This document shows positions 46,739-55,551 of a stretch of DNA of 59,272 nt, in pieces (positions within the stretch are counted from its first letter, which is position 1; each line of letters opens with the position of its first letter). Under the pieces are notes generated by a model. That model saw only the letters and a list, made by a program, of their open reading frames with translations. It did not search any database and was not told the origin of the DNA. Where the stretch lies: the sequence record SRR2962707_2554; one strand, written 5' to 3'. Made by a program: the position numbers and the translations under genes.

Positions 46739-48052
46739 TCAGATACGGTTCGGTAGCCAGGTGGCCAGTTCCGGGAAGATCACCAGCAACACAATCAGAA
46801 GGAATGCGCAGGCGATATAGGGCAATGCCGCCAAAGCGACCTCACCCAGACGCGTTCCGGGAGGCGCAACGCCCTGCATGACGAACAACAACAATCCGAA
46901 CGGTGGTGTAGTGAACGAGACTTCCAGCAACAACAGAATGATCAGTCCGAACCAGACCGGGTCGTAACCCATCGTCTGGGCAATCGGGATCAGCACTGGC
47001 AGGGTGATCAGCATGATCGAGACCGGATCCATGAACATACCCAGCAGGATCATCACCACCGAGATCATCACCAGCATCTCGACCGGGCCCATCTCGAACC
47101 CGGTGGCCCAGCCGACCAATCCCGATGAAGCACCCGAGAACGCCAGCAGCTGGGCGAAGGTCGACGATGCTGTGATCAGCAGAAAGATCATGCCCGAAAC
47201 CCGTGCGGTCTCGCTCAAAGTTGTTGCGATGGCCTTCCAGCTCAAGGCACGGAAACAAAGTGCGAGAACCAGCACCGCGATTACGCCCATTGCGCCTGAC
47301 TCTGTCGGCGTGGCGAAACCGATCAGGATGGTGCCGACAACAGCTGCAACAATGAGGGTCATCGGCAACACGTCACGGGTCAGAATCCAGAACCGTGCCG
47401 CCATCGGCATGGTTTCGACCTCGTAGGTCGGGGCCGCCATGGGATCGATCTTTGTCTGCACCCAGATCAGCAGACCATAAAGCGTCGCGAGAACAACCCC
47501 GGGTATCAGCCCGGCGATCAGCAAGGCGCCAATATCAATGCGGGCCAGTGATCCGAGAAGCACCGCAAGCCCCGATGGCGGGATGATGACAGCGAGCCCG
47601 CCTGACCCGAGAATTGGTCCCAGCGACATGTGGCGCTTGTAGCCGCGCCGCGACATCTCGGGCACCATCAGCGAACCGAGCATTCCGGTGTTGGCGGTAC
47701 TGGAACCCGACAGCGCGGCAAAGACCGTGCCGGAGACCAGTGTGAGATAGGATAGGCGGGCCGGTAGCCGGCCGATCAGCACGTCGATGGCATCAAGAAC
47801 CCGCCGGGCCAGGCCCGAGTAGAAGAACAGCGTGCCCATCATCAAAAAAAGCGGGATGGGGGCGAGAGAGTAGTTGGATACGGCTACGGTAACATTCGAG
47901 ATCATCTGGTCGATGCCCCGGTCACCGCCCATGATGAAATAGACGCCGATCAGGTTGACGAGGAAGAAAGCGAGCGCGACAGGCAATCCGATGCCCATCA
48001 CCGCTAGCAACCCGCCCACCAGCAGCGCTATCGCGGTTGTCCAGTCAAGCAT
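46739..48052 (-). CDS. dctM: TRAP transporter large permease
   Basis: APIPLF, AALSGSS, IIPPS, ATPTES, TTPPFG; alternative TTG at 48058. Confidence 0.92.
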   Translation of the reverse strand: MLDWTTAIALLVGGLLAVMGIGLPVALAFFLVNLIGVYFIMGGDRGIDQMISNVTVAVSNYSLAPIPLFLMMGTLFFYSGLARRVLDAIDVLIGRLPARLSYLTLVSGTVFAALSGSSTANTGMLGSLMVPEMSRRGYKRHMSLGPILGSGGLAVIIPPSGLAVLLGSLARIDIGALLIAGLIPGVVLATLYGLLIWVQTKIDPMAAPTYEVETMPMAARFWILTRDVLPMTLIVAAVVGTILIGFATPTESGAMGVIAVLVLALCFRALSWKAIATTLSETARVSGMIFLLITASSTFAQLLAFSGASSGLVGWATGFEMGPVEMLVMISVVMILLGMFMDPVSIMLITLPVLIPIAQTMGYDPVWFGLIILLLLEVSFTTPPFGLLLFVMQGVAPPGTRLGEVALAALPYIACAFLLIVLLVIFPELATWLPNRI

Positions 48053-48070
48053 GCTCAATCTTCCCCAAAA

Positions 48071-48583
48071 TCAAAGGCCTGCGCCGGTGGTTTCATCGGG
48101 CACAAAATAGCTTTCGCGACGCACCGGAAATGCCAAGAACTGCAAACCGCCAAAGGTCATCCCCAATGGCATGGTCGCGAACAGCACCCACATTGGCGTG
48201 TCGAAAGTTCGGATTTCGTAGCTTCCGCTGGCGACAGCCTGCACAAAGGAAATCCCCGAACGCCAGGCGATGTAGAAACACACAGCCGCGGCCAGGATGT
48301 GCAGAAACACCTCATGGGCATGACGAACACGGGCGGGCAGCACCATCAACAGCACTTCAACGCTGACATGACCGCGTGTGCGGACCAGCCAGGGCAATGC
48401 CAGAAAGGTAATATGGAGCATTGCGTATTCGACGGAATTGACGGCCCACATCGCCGTCGGCAATCCAAAGTTCCGGGATGCCATGTCGTAGGCAACAACC
48501 AGAAGGATCAATCCGACAAGCACTGCGGCAAGGACGAACAATACCCATGTCAGAAAGTCGAGCAGGCTCAGCACGGTTTTCAT
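48071..48583 (-). CDS. dctQ: TRAP transporter small permease
   Basis: DMASR, EYAML, GHVSVE; 4 TMs. Confidence 0.88.
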   Translation of the reverse strand: MKTVLSLLDFLTWVLFVLAAVLVGLILLVVAYDMASRNFGLPTAMWAVNSVEYAMLHITFLALPWLVRTRGHVSVEVLLMVLPARVRHAHEVFLHILAAAVCFYIAWRSGISFVQAVASGSYEIRTFDTPMWVLFATMPLGMTFGGLQFLAFPVRRESYFVPDETTGAGL

Positions 48584-48610
48584 GCCGCAATCCCCCTAAG
48601 AGCGAAATGG

Positions 48611-48639
48611 CGACCGCCCGCGCTTGACACGGACGGTCG
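48611..48639 (-). terminator. Hairpin after dctP
   Basis: CGACCGCCCG...CGGACGGTCG (9/10 stem). Confidence 0.4.
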
Positions 48640-48644
48640 GGGCA

Positions 48645-49643
48645 TCACTTGGATTCGTCGAAGAAGACGGCGCGCAATGCATCATAATGCGTTGCGTCAC
48701 GTTCCTTCAGCCGGTCCCAGGTCGCACCGAAGGCGGTATCAAGGTACTCGTCGCGCTGCGCGCCTTCGAGCTCGATGACCTTGATGCCACCGTCGATCAA
48801 GGCCTGCTGTTCGGAAATGGTATCGGCCTGAATCAGGTCGTAGCTTTCCTTCTCGTATTCCTGGCCGACCTCTTCCAGAATATCCTTGGCTTCCTGTGAG
48901 AGGTTTTTCCAGGAATCGTAGTTGAGCGAAACCAGAACGTCAGTCTGGAAGAAGCCGGGGTTGATCTGGTACTTCAGGAACTTGTCCCAGCCAAAATCAC
49001 GAACGCCAACCACCGTGTAGCCATTGCCATCAACCACACCGCGCTCAAGCGAGGTGTAGATCTCGCCTGCGGGCTGAACCACGATGGTCGCGCCGAGCTT
49101 TTCGAGGAAGGCACGGTAGAGCGGCGCACTGCGAATGCGATAGCCGGTGAGATCAAGATTACCCTCGGCGTCGAGCGTCGGTTCCTTGGTCAGGAAGATG
49201 TGAAAGCCGGCGCCGCCATCGAGATGGGCGAGAACGTGCGCATTGGCCTTTTCATGGAAGATCTCGTTGATCGTATCGAGCGCACCGGAAGCACGGTTTT
49301 CCATTGGCGTCTTGTTCGATCCGGCAAACGCCTCGCCTTCGGGAATGAGATCGAGATAGAGACCCGGCGTCAGCGAAAAGATATCAGCTATACCGTTCTT
49401 TTGCGCTTCACCCATGCGGGGCATCGGGATGGTTTCAGGTCCTCCGACGATGTTGATCTGGACAACACCCTTGCCGCGTTCGTTGACGCGATCCGCGAAT
49501 TCCTTGAAGTGCTGCGCATAGACAACGTTGGCAGGCGTGAAGGTAACCGCCCTCAGCGTGACTTCTTCTGCGGAGACGGCGAACGGCGCAGCTGACATCA
49601 ACAGGCCGGCCGCGGCCGCCAAAAACATTTGTTTCATCTTCAT
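48645..49643 (-). CDS. dctP: TRAP transporter substrate-binding protein
   Basis: Signal peptide; GGPE, GYRIR, EIYTSLERGVVDG. Confidence 0.9.
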   Translation of the reverse strand: MKMKQMFLAAAAGLLMSAAPFAVSAEEVTLRAVTFTPANVVYAQHFKEFADRVNERGKGVVQINIVGGPETIPMPRMGEAQKNGIADIFSLTPGLYLDLIPEGEAFAGSNKTPMENRASGALDTINEIFHEKANAHVLAHLDGGAGFHIFLTKEPTLDAEGNLDLTGYRIRSAPLYRAFLEKLGATIVVQPAGEIYTSLERGVVDGNGYTVVGVRDFGWDKFLKYQINPGFFQTDVLVSLNYDSWKNLSQEAKDILEEVGQEYEKESYDLIQADTISEQQALIDGGIKVIELEGAQRDEYLDTAFGATWDRLKERDATHYDALRAVFFDESK

Positions 49644-49648
49644 TGTTC

Positions 49649-50332
49649 CTATTCCCCTTTGTTAATCGCCTGAGTGGTTTCTCCACTTACGGCGGCTTCA
49701 AAAAACGCCAGCGCGGCGTCGATGAATTTCTCCATCGCGCGGCTGGCTGCTGCGGAGTCACGCAGAGCCAGCGCCTCGACAAGATCGCCGGCACAGTCCA
49801 GCGCCACATCCCGGGCTGCCGGGTTGTTCAAGGTTGTCCGGCGCACCAGAACGACCTGGTCATCGACCCGGGCCAGCACCTCGCGAACCCGGCCATTGGT
49901 GATCCGGTCCATCCACAAATTTCGAAAGGCAATATTGGCGCGGGTTGCCGCCTCGACACCTTCGGCCGCCTTCAACGCCTTCAGCCCCTGCCGAAAGGCG
50001 GCAATATCGGCGTCTGAAAGGTTGGCGGCGATGCGCGCGATCACAAGCGGTTCAAGCGCGCGGCGCAGTTCGAATATCTCGTGAATGTCCCGCAGACTCA
50101 AGCGCGGGACGACGAACTTGCCGCCTTCCTGCTCGACCAGACCCACGGTTTCCAACCGGAAAAGAGCTTCACGAACCGGGGTGCGCGATACCGCGAGACG
50201 CTTGGCCAGACCGTCTTCGGTCAGGCGCTCGCCGGGCTGAAACGCGGCGGAATGTATCATGTCACGGATACCGGCATACACCCGCTCGGCCAGTGGCGGC
50301 TGTCGCTCGATCTTGAAGGAAGTCTCTGTCAC
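49649..50332 (-). CDS. GntR/FadR-family (FCD) regulator
   Basis: GTG start after AGAGGGG; PGERL.E..LA..L.VSRTPVREAL, EIFELRRALE; true gene is only the 3' third of the 670-aa ORF. Confidence 0.92.
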   Translation of the reverse strand: MTETSFKIERQPPLAERVYAGIRDMIHSAAFQPGERLTEDGLAKRLAVSRTPVREALFRLETVGLVEQEGGKFVVPRLSLRDIHEIFELRRALEPLVIARIAANLSDADIAAFRQGLKALKAAEGVEAATRANIAFRNLWMDRITNGRVREVLARVDDQVVLVRRTTLNNPAARDVALDCAGDLVEALALRDSAAASRAMEKFIDAALAFFEAAVSGETTQAINKGE

Positions 50333-50360
50333 GCGATCGTTTCCCCTCTGATTGACATAT

Positions 50361-50372
50361 ACTGTATACAGT
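50361..50372. promoter_or_regulatory. GntR/FadR-type operator palindrome
   Basis: ACTGTATACAGT just downstream of TTGACA (50352-50357); second TGTCTACA at 50383-50390. Confidence 0.65.
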
Positions 50373-50503
50373 GTACCGTTTTTGTCTACAGGCTTTTTCG
50401 CCTGCCCCAGACCACCCCAATATCGGCGGGACTCATCTGGACAAAAGCAATACCGCGGCCCGTCGCGAGACGGGCGCCCAAGAAAAGCGTCAAGGAAGAA
50501 CAG

Positions 50504-51595
50504 ATGATCAAACGACATCCGCTGAAAGGCAGCAACAAGCTCAAGCTCGGAATCTTTTCGGCGAATGCGGATGGCGGCCTGGCCATTACCACTGTCGGCG
50601 AACGCTGGAAGGCCCGGTGGGATGACAACCAGACAGCTGCCCAGATCGCTGACCGGGCGGGGCTTGAATTCATGCTGCCTATTGCACGGTGGAAGGGCTT
50701 TGGCGGCGAAACCAACTCCCGCGAATGGTCGTTTGAAACCTTCACCTGGGCGGCAGCCATTGCAGCCGTGACCGAACGCATCGCCGTCTTCATGACAATC
50801 CATGTACCGATCATGCACCCGCTCTACGCCGCCAAGGCGCTCGCCACTGTGGACCACATCAGCAAGGGTCGGGCCGGACTGAACATCGTCTGCGGCTGGA
50901 ACCCGGAAGAATTTGCCATGTTCGGCGTAAAGCTGGACGAGGACAGATATGCTCAGGCAGCAGAATGGCTGGAGGTCATGGAGAAATGCTACGCGTCGAC
51001 AGATCCCTTCGACTATGACGGCACCTATTATCAGCTCAAAGGCGTCGTCAGCCGGCCACCGAGCATCCAGGTTCCGCGCCCGGTCACCATGAATGCGGCC
51101 TTTGGCGATGCCGGCCGCAACTTTGCGGCCGAAAATTGCGAATACCTGTTCACCACCTTCACCGAGATCGACGAAGGCGCCAAGCACGTCTTGGAGATGC
51201 AGGAGCGTGCCCGCAAAAACCAGCGCCAGATCGGTCTCTACACTGTTGGCCATGTTGTCTGCCGCGAAACGCAAGCCGAGGCAGAGGACTATTACGACCG
51301 CTACGCGCTGCATCAGGCCGACCACGCTGCTGTCGACGCGCACATTGCCGGCAAGCGCGAAAACTCGGCCTCTCACGACAAGGAAGCCTACGATCAGTAC
51401 CGGCAACGGTTTGCAGGCGGCGCAGGCAGCTATCCGCTGGTCGGGACACCCGAAAAGATTGTTGAGGACATGACCCGGATCAGCCAGCAAGGTTATGCCG
51501 GCATCGCGCTTTCGTTTGTGAACTACACCTATGAGCTGCCTTTCTTCTGCGACCGGGTCTTGCCGCTGCTGCGCGATGCCGGACTGCGGTCCTGA
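50504..51595 (+). CDS. Luciferase-like (LLM) flavin-dependent monooxygenase, paralog 2
   Basis: KLGIFSANADGG, LPIARWKGFGG, GRAGLNIVCGWN; start ATG 50504 after AAGGAAG. Confidence 0.93.
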   Translation: MIKRHPLKGSNKLKLGIFSANADGGLAITTVGERWKARWDDNQTAAQIADRAGLEFMLPIARWKGFGGETNSREWSFETFTWAAAIAAVTERIAVFMTIHVPIMHPLYAAKALATVDHISKGRAGLNIVCGWNPEEFAMFGVKLDEDRYAQAAEWLEVMEKCYASTDPFDYDGTYYQLKGVVSRPPSIQVPRPVTMNAAFGDAGRNFAAENCEYLFTTFTEIDEGAKHVLEMQERARKNQRQIGLYTVGHVVCRETQAEAEDYYDRYALHQADHAAVDAHIAGKRENSASHDKEAYDQYRQRFAGGAGSYPLVGTPEKIVEDMTRISQQGYAGIALSFVNYTYELPFFCDRVLPLLRDAGLRS

Positions 51596-51614
51596 AAACG
51601 GGGAGAGAACGAAC

Positions 51615-52127
51615 ATGACAGAGACACCTACGAAGAAGGCGACCGGTGCCGGACGCTTCAAACAGGCTATGCGCAGCCTTGCAGGCTCGGTGAATGTGGT
51701 CGCTCTTCAGGACCCCGACGGAAACGTGCTGGGTGTGACGGCGACGGCCGTCTGCTCGCTCAGTGCAGATCCGCCTTCCCTCATCGTCTGTATCAACCAG
51801 AACTCTTCGCTGGCGAAGGGCCTCGAAATCGGCCGGCTGTTTTCAGTCAGCGTTTTGTCGGAACATCAAAAAGACATCTCCGAAGCTTTTGGCGGGCGCA
51901 AGGGCGTCTCGGGGAAAAACAGGTTTATCTATGGGGAGTGGCACAGAAGCGAAGACAATGTGCCGATCCTCCACGGCGCCCGCGCCTGCCTTGAGTGCCG
52001 GGTCGACAACTTTATCGACTACGGCACGCACCGTGCAGCTGTCGGAGCCGTCACTGACGTCCACCTGGAAGAGATGAACGATGCCAGCCTGATTTTTGTC
52101 AACGGACAGTATTTTTCGGTCGGCTGA
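51615..52127 (+). CDS. Flavin reductase (RutF/HpaC-like)
   Basis: FKQAM, GVTATAVCSLSADPP, GTH; start ATG 51615. Confidence 0.92.
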   Translation: MTETPTKKATGAGRFKQAMRSLAGSVNVVALQDPDGNVLGVTATAVCSLSADPPSLIVCINQNSSLAKGLEIGRLFSVSVLSEHQKDISEAFGGRKGVSGKNRFIYGEWHRSEDNVPILHGARACLECRVDNFIDYGTHRAAVGAVTDVHLEEMNDASLIFVNGQYFSVG

Positions 52128-52293
52128 ACGACTTTCTGATTTGCCCGCGAATGCAAACTGCACCGGATCCGCATCGGGCAATTCCATGATGTTTTGGTCT
52201 TTCAAATATCACCTGTCAGCACCCCGGGCGACCTCACGTTGGGCGGCCCCATTGACCGGCAATTCGATCTCTCCGTATATGTCGCAAAATAGA

Positions 52294-52383
52294 AAGAAGC
52301 TGAATGCGATCATTCCCTGGCCTGTGTTCGAGAAGCCGTTGGCCAAGCATTGAAGCGATCTGACGGATCGTAGGGTGGTCGCC
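52294..52383 (+). mobile_element. IS5-family transposase 5' fragment
   Basis: KKLNAIIPWPVFEKPLAK-LKRSDGS*GGR resembles IS5 LxxxIPWxxFxxPL...KGGRP; cut exactly at the IS6 IR. Confidence 0.7.
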
Positions 52384-52785
52384 GGCATTGTCACATTAAG
52401 TTTGCCAGGCTGAAAAAGGACAGCGGCTCTAGAATTTTCAGGCGATGCAGGCCGCAGTTTTCCATGCATCGAACGCTTCGAGGCGATGGTAGCGAATTGT
52501 TAGTGCGGCACGGCGGCGGGACGGAACTGAAAAGCAATTGCGGGTAGCGGGGTGCATGGAGACGAACCGTTGCAATGCTCCTGGTGATCGGTGGACCTGC
52601 ATGGTTCGTTCCCTTTTTCGAAACGGCAGATGGCTATTCTCAGCCCGATTGTTGAGGCCCTTGTGCGACCAATGGTCGAGGCCAGGTGCCACGTCCGCCT
52701 TTGCTGCGCCGTAGGAGCGGAGCTTATCGGTGATGATCCGCTTGGGACAAACCCATAGCGTTTCATCAACGCCACCAACAGGCGC
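52384..52785 (-). mobile_element. IS6-family remnant (one IR + frameshifted 3' transposase)
   Basis: GGCATTGTCACATTAAG IR at 52384; RLLVALMKRYGFV, frameshift, then KRIITDKLRSY...LNNRAENSH...AFDAWKTAA. Confidence 0.85.
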
Positions 52786-52864
52786 GGTGTGGTATCCGCC
52801 GGCAGGGTCTGGGCTGCCGTATCCGGTGATGGAACACGTCAACGAACAGATTGAAGCGATGTCT

Positions 52865-52906
52865 TGTTGATTTCCGTCCAAAACTGGGCCGGATTTCCAT
52901 CGAGAA
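52865..52906. mobile_element. Possible IS21-family terminal remnant
   Basis: TGTTGATTTCCGTCCAAAACT...GATTTCCATCGAGAA: TG start with tandem internal repeats as in IS21 ends. Confidence 0.4.
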
Positions 52907-52968
52907 ACAAGGCACCTCTGATCATGGCGGTGCCTGAACAGCTTTGGTGCCGGGAGTACCAACGCGGT

Positions 52969-54279
52969 TTACATGCCCAGCTTGTCGCGCAGCGCGTACC
53001 ACCAGGAGCCCATCACCGAGTAGGGAACGCGGAACATGCGCCCTCCGGGGAACGGGTACCACGGCACCTTGGCGAACACGTCGAACCGCGCAAGGTCGCC
53101 GTCGATCGCCTCTGACAGGATGCGCCCGAAGGTGTGCGATCCGGTAACGCCGTGGCCGCTGTAGCCATGCGCGAAATAGGTGTTGTCACCGATCCGGCCC
53201 ATCTGCGGCACGCGGCTGAACGAAAGCGCGAAATTGCCGCTCCAGGCGTAGTCGATCTTGACCCCCTTGAGTTGCGGAAACACCTTGTCCATGTTGCGCT
53301 GCAATTTCGCCTTGATATCGCTGGGGTCGGCACCACCGTAAACAGTCCCGCCGCCAAACAGCAGCCGCTTGTCGCCGGACAAACGATAGTAATCGAGGAT
53401 ATAGCGGATATCCTCGATGCAGGTATCCGTCGGCAGCAAGTCCCGCGCCCGCGCCTCGCCCAAAGGCTCGGTCGCCATCACCTGTGTTGACACCGGCATC
53501 ACCCGCGAGGTCAGCATCGGCACCACGTGCCCCAGATAGGCATTGCCGCACAGAACCAGCGTCTTGCAGGTCATCGACCCCTTGGCGGTTCTGACCACAG
53601 GCCGGGCCGCGGTGTGATCCACATCGATGACCGGGGACATTTCATAGATGGTGCCGCCATTGGTCTCAAACGCTGCCGCTTCGCCAAGGGCCAGATTGAG
53701 CGGGTGCATGTGGCCGCCGGAGTGGTCGATCAACCCTCCGGCATAGAGGTCGGACTTGACGTGTTTGCGCAGCTGGTCCTTGTCCAGCATCTCCTGGTTC
53801 TTGATGCCGTAGCTGGCCCAGAGCTTCATCCGCTCTTCCAATTCGCCCATATGGGCGCTGGTCAGACCAGTAAAGATGTTGTTTTCCTTCAGATCGCATT
53901 TGATGTCATAGGTGCTGATCCGCTCGCGGATGATCTCGCCACCCTCCTGCACCAGGCCGGCAACGAATGTGGCAGTGTCTTGCCCATAGCGTTTCTTGAT
54001 TGTCTGCAGACTGGCGTTCAGCCCGTTGACGATCTGTCCGCCATTGCGCCCCGAAGCACCCCAGCCGACCCGCGCGCCTTCGATGATGGCGACCTTGTAG
54101 CCCTTTTCCGCAAGATGCAGCCCGGTCGAGAGACCGCTGTATCCGGCGCCGACGATGCACACATCGATCTGATGGTCACCCAGCAGCTCCGGCCGCATTG
54201 GCGCCGGGTTGGCCGAAGCGGCGTAATAGCTTGAGGTGTGACTGCCGTCGCCGGCATAGGGATGGGTCATCGCATTCAT
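52969..54279 (-). CDS. puuB: FAD-dependent oxidoreductase, gamma-glutamylputrescine oxidase (PuuB/DadA family)
   Basis: SYYAAS, VGAGYSG, GASGRNGG, GHMHPL, LDYYRL, GYSGHG, PFPGG. Confidence 0.88.
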   Translation of the reverse strand: MNAMTHPYAGDGSHTSSYYAASANPAPMRPELLGDHQIDVCIVGAGYSGLSTGLHLAEKGYKVAIIEGARVGWGASGRNGGQIVNGLNASLQTIKKRYGQDTATFVAGLVQEGGEIIRERISTYDIKCDLKENNIFTGLTSAHMGELEERMKLWASYGIKNQEMLDKDQLRKHVKSDLYAGGLIDHSGGHMHPLNLALGEAAAFETNGGTIYEMSPVIDVDHTAARPVVRTAKGSMTCKTLVLCGNAYLGHVVPMLTSRVMPVSTQVMATEPLGEARARDLLPTDTCIEDIRYILDYYRLSGDKRLLFGGGTVYGGADPSDIKAKLQRNMDKVFPQLKGVKIDYAWSGNFALSFSRVPQMGRIGDNTYFAHGYSGHGVTGSHTFGRILSEAIDGDLARFDVFAKVPWYPFPGGRMFRVPYSVMGSWWYALRDKLGM

Positions 54280-54477
54280 CACACGGCGTCCTGACAGCTG
54301 TAAAAGTCGAAATTGGTCACGTGCCGCGCGAACGCGCGGACTTTCCGCATATTGCATTCAACCAACATCGTCTGCAATCGCCTGGCGATCGAAATCGCAC
54401 ACCGGTCTCATCAAGACAGGCCACCAGCTACAAGAATTTCCACCAGAGCCCTCGCCAAGAAGTGCACTAACGCTGCT

Positions 54478-55242
54478 TCAGATCATTTTCTGCCATTCCA
54501 GACACCCGCGCAGTGCGGTGTTGTCATCGAGGACAAGGTTGACCGGGACCTTGGCCATTGTCCCGGCCATTCGGCCCTTGGCCTTGAATGCCGGCAAGAA
54601 ACGGCTTTCCGGACCGGACATGAATGCGGCCAATCCGCGGGCGACACCGCCGGTGACATAGACACCGCCGGTTGCCAGAAACACCAATGCCAGATCACCA
54701 GCAGCGCGGCCCAGAATGCGGACAAACTCGTGGCACGCACGTGCGGCAAGATCATCACCCGGGCCAAGCGCGGCAGGGATGATCTGATGGCTGGTTGCGT
54801 GAACAGGCGTCTGGTTCTCAAGCCTGCACAATGTTTGGTAGATCTCGCCCAGCCCGGAGCCGGACAAGACGCGATCAAACGAGCAGCGGCCGTATTTTTG
54901 GGTGAAATGGTGCTGCAGGGCGCGATCGAAATCCGTCTCAGTGACAAAGCTGGAATGCCCGGCCTCGCAACACACCACAGATCCGTTTGACAGGTGAGCG
55001 GCACAATTGAACCCTGTTCCCGCCCCAAGAATGAGTTTGGTGCCGTTGCTGCTGGCTTCATTGAGGCTGCGCAGTTCCAACGATTGAGGAGACGACAAGG
55101 CATGCCCCAGCGCCTCGAAATCGTTGATCAGGAAGACCTCCGGCACGCCGGTTGCCCGGCTGATTTCTTCGCGGTCGATGGTCCAGTCGAGGTTTGTCAG
55201 CGCGACGACATCTCCCGTCACAGGGGCGGCCAGCGCGATCAC
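54478..55242 (-). pseudogene. glk: 5'-truncated glucokinase
   Basis: AAPV...LTN..W, INDFEA, GAGTG, EAGH, LSGSGL, GGVYVTGGV, F.AKGRM; N-terminal DIGGT ATP-binding region absent. Confidence 0.85.
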
Positions 55243-55279
55243 CTCCCAAGGAATTGTACGATCCAAACAAACCACGTTA

Positions 55280-55293
55280 TGCAATCGATTGCA
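55280..55293. promoter_or_regulatory. LacI-type operator palindrome
   Basis: Perfect TGCAATCGATTGCA. Confidence 0.65.
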
Positions 55294-55488
55294 CAAACAG
55301 ATACTTGGCGACTGATGCGCTGCAGATCCTGCGCGAGATATGACCGCAAGCGGATCCCAATCCGCTTGCGGTGAGCGTGTGGGATGAGTTTCTCGGTATC
55401 GATGGCCGCTTGCTTACCGTCATGGACGGTGAGCAGCCGCTATCACGTTGCCCAGCGTTGATGGTTTCGGGGCCACCTACAAATATAA

Positions 55489-55533
55489 CCGCCATATATG
55501 GCGGCTATTCATATTTAATGAGACATATATGAT
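55489..55533. promoter_or_regulatory. Pair of GCCATATATGGC-type boxes downstream of hipA
   Basis: Perfect palindrome CCGCCATATATGGCGG (55489-55504) and GACATATATGAT (55522-55533). Confidence 0.55.
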
Positions 55534-55551
55534 CGAATGATAGATCGTGGC

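Noticed and set aside
49649-51661. 670-aa ORF suggesting a giant GntR fusion overlapping LLM2
   Set aside because: Only 49649-50332 is GntR (own RBS and GTG); the extension is the antisense frame of LLM2
34656-52785. Composite transposon bounded by two IS6 copies
   Set aside because: The two IS6 elements have different IRs and proteins, the right one is partial, and there is no target duplication
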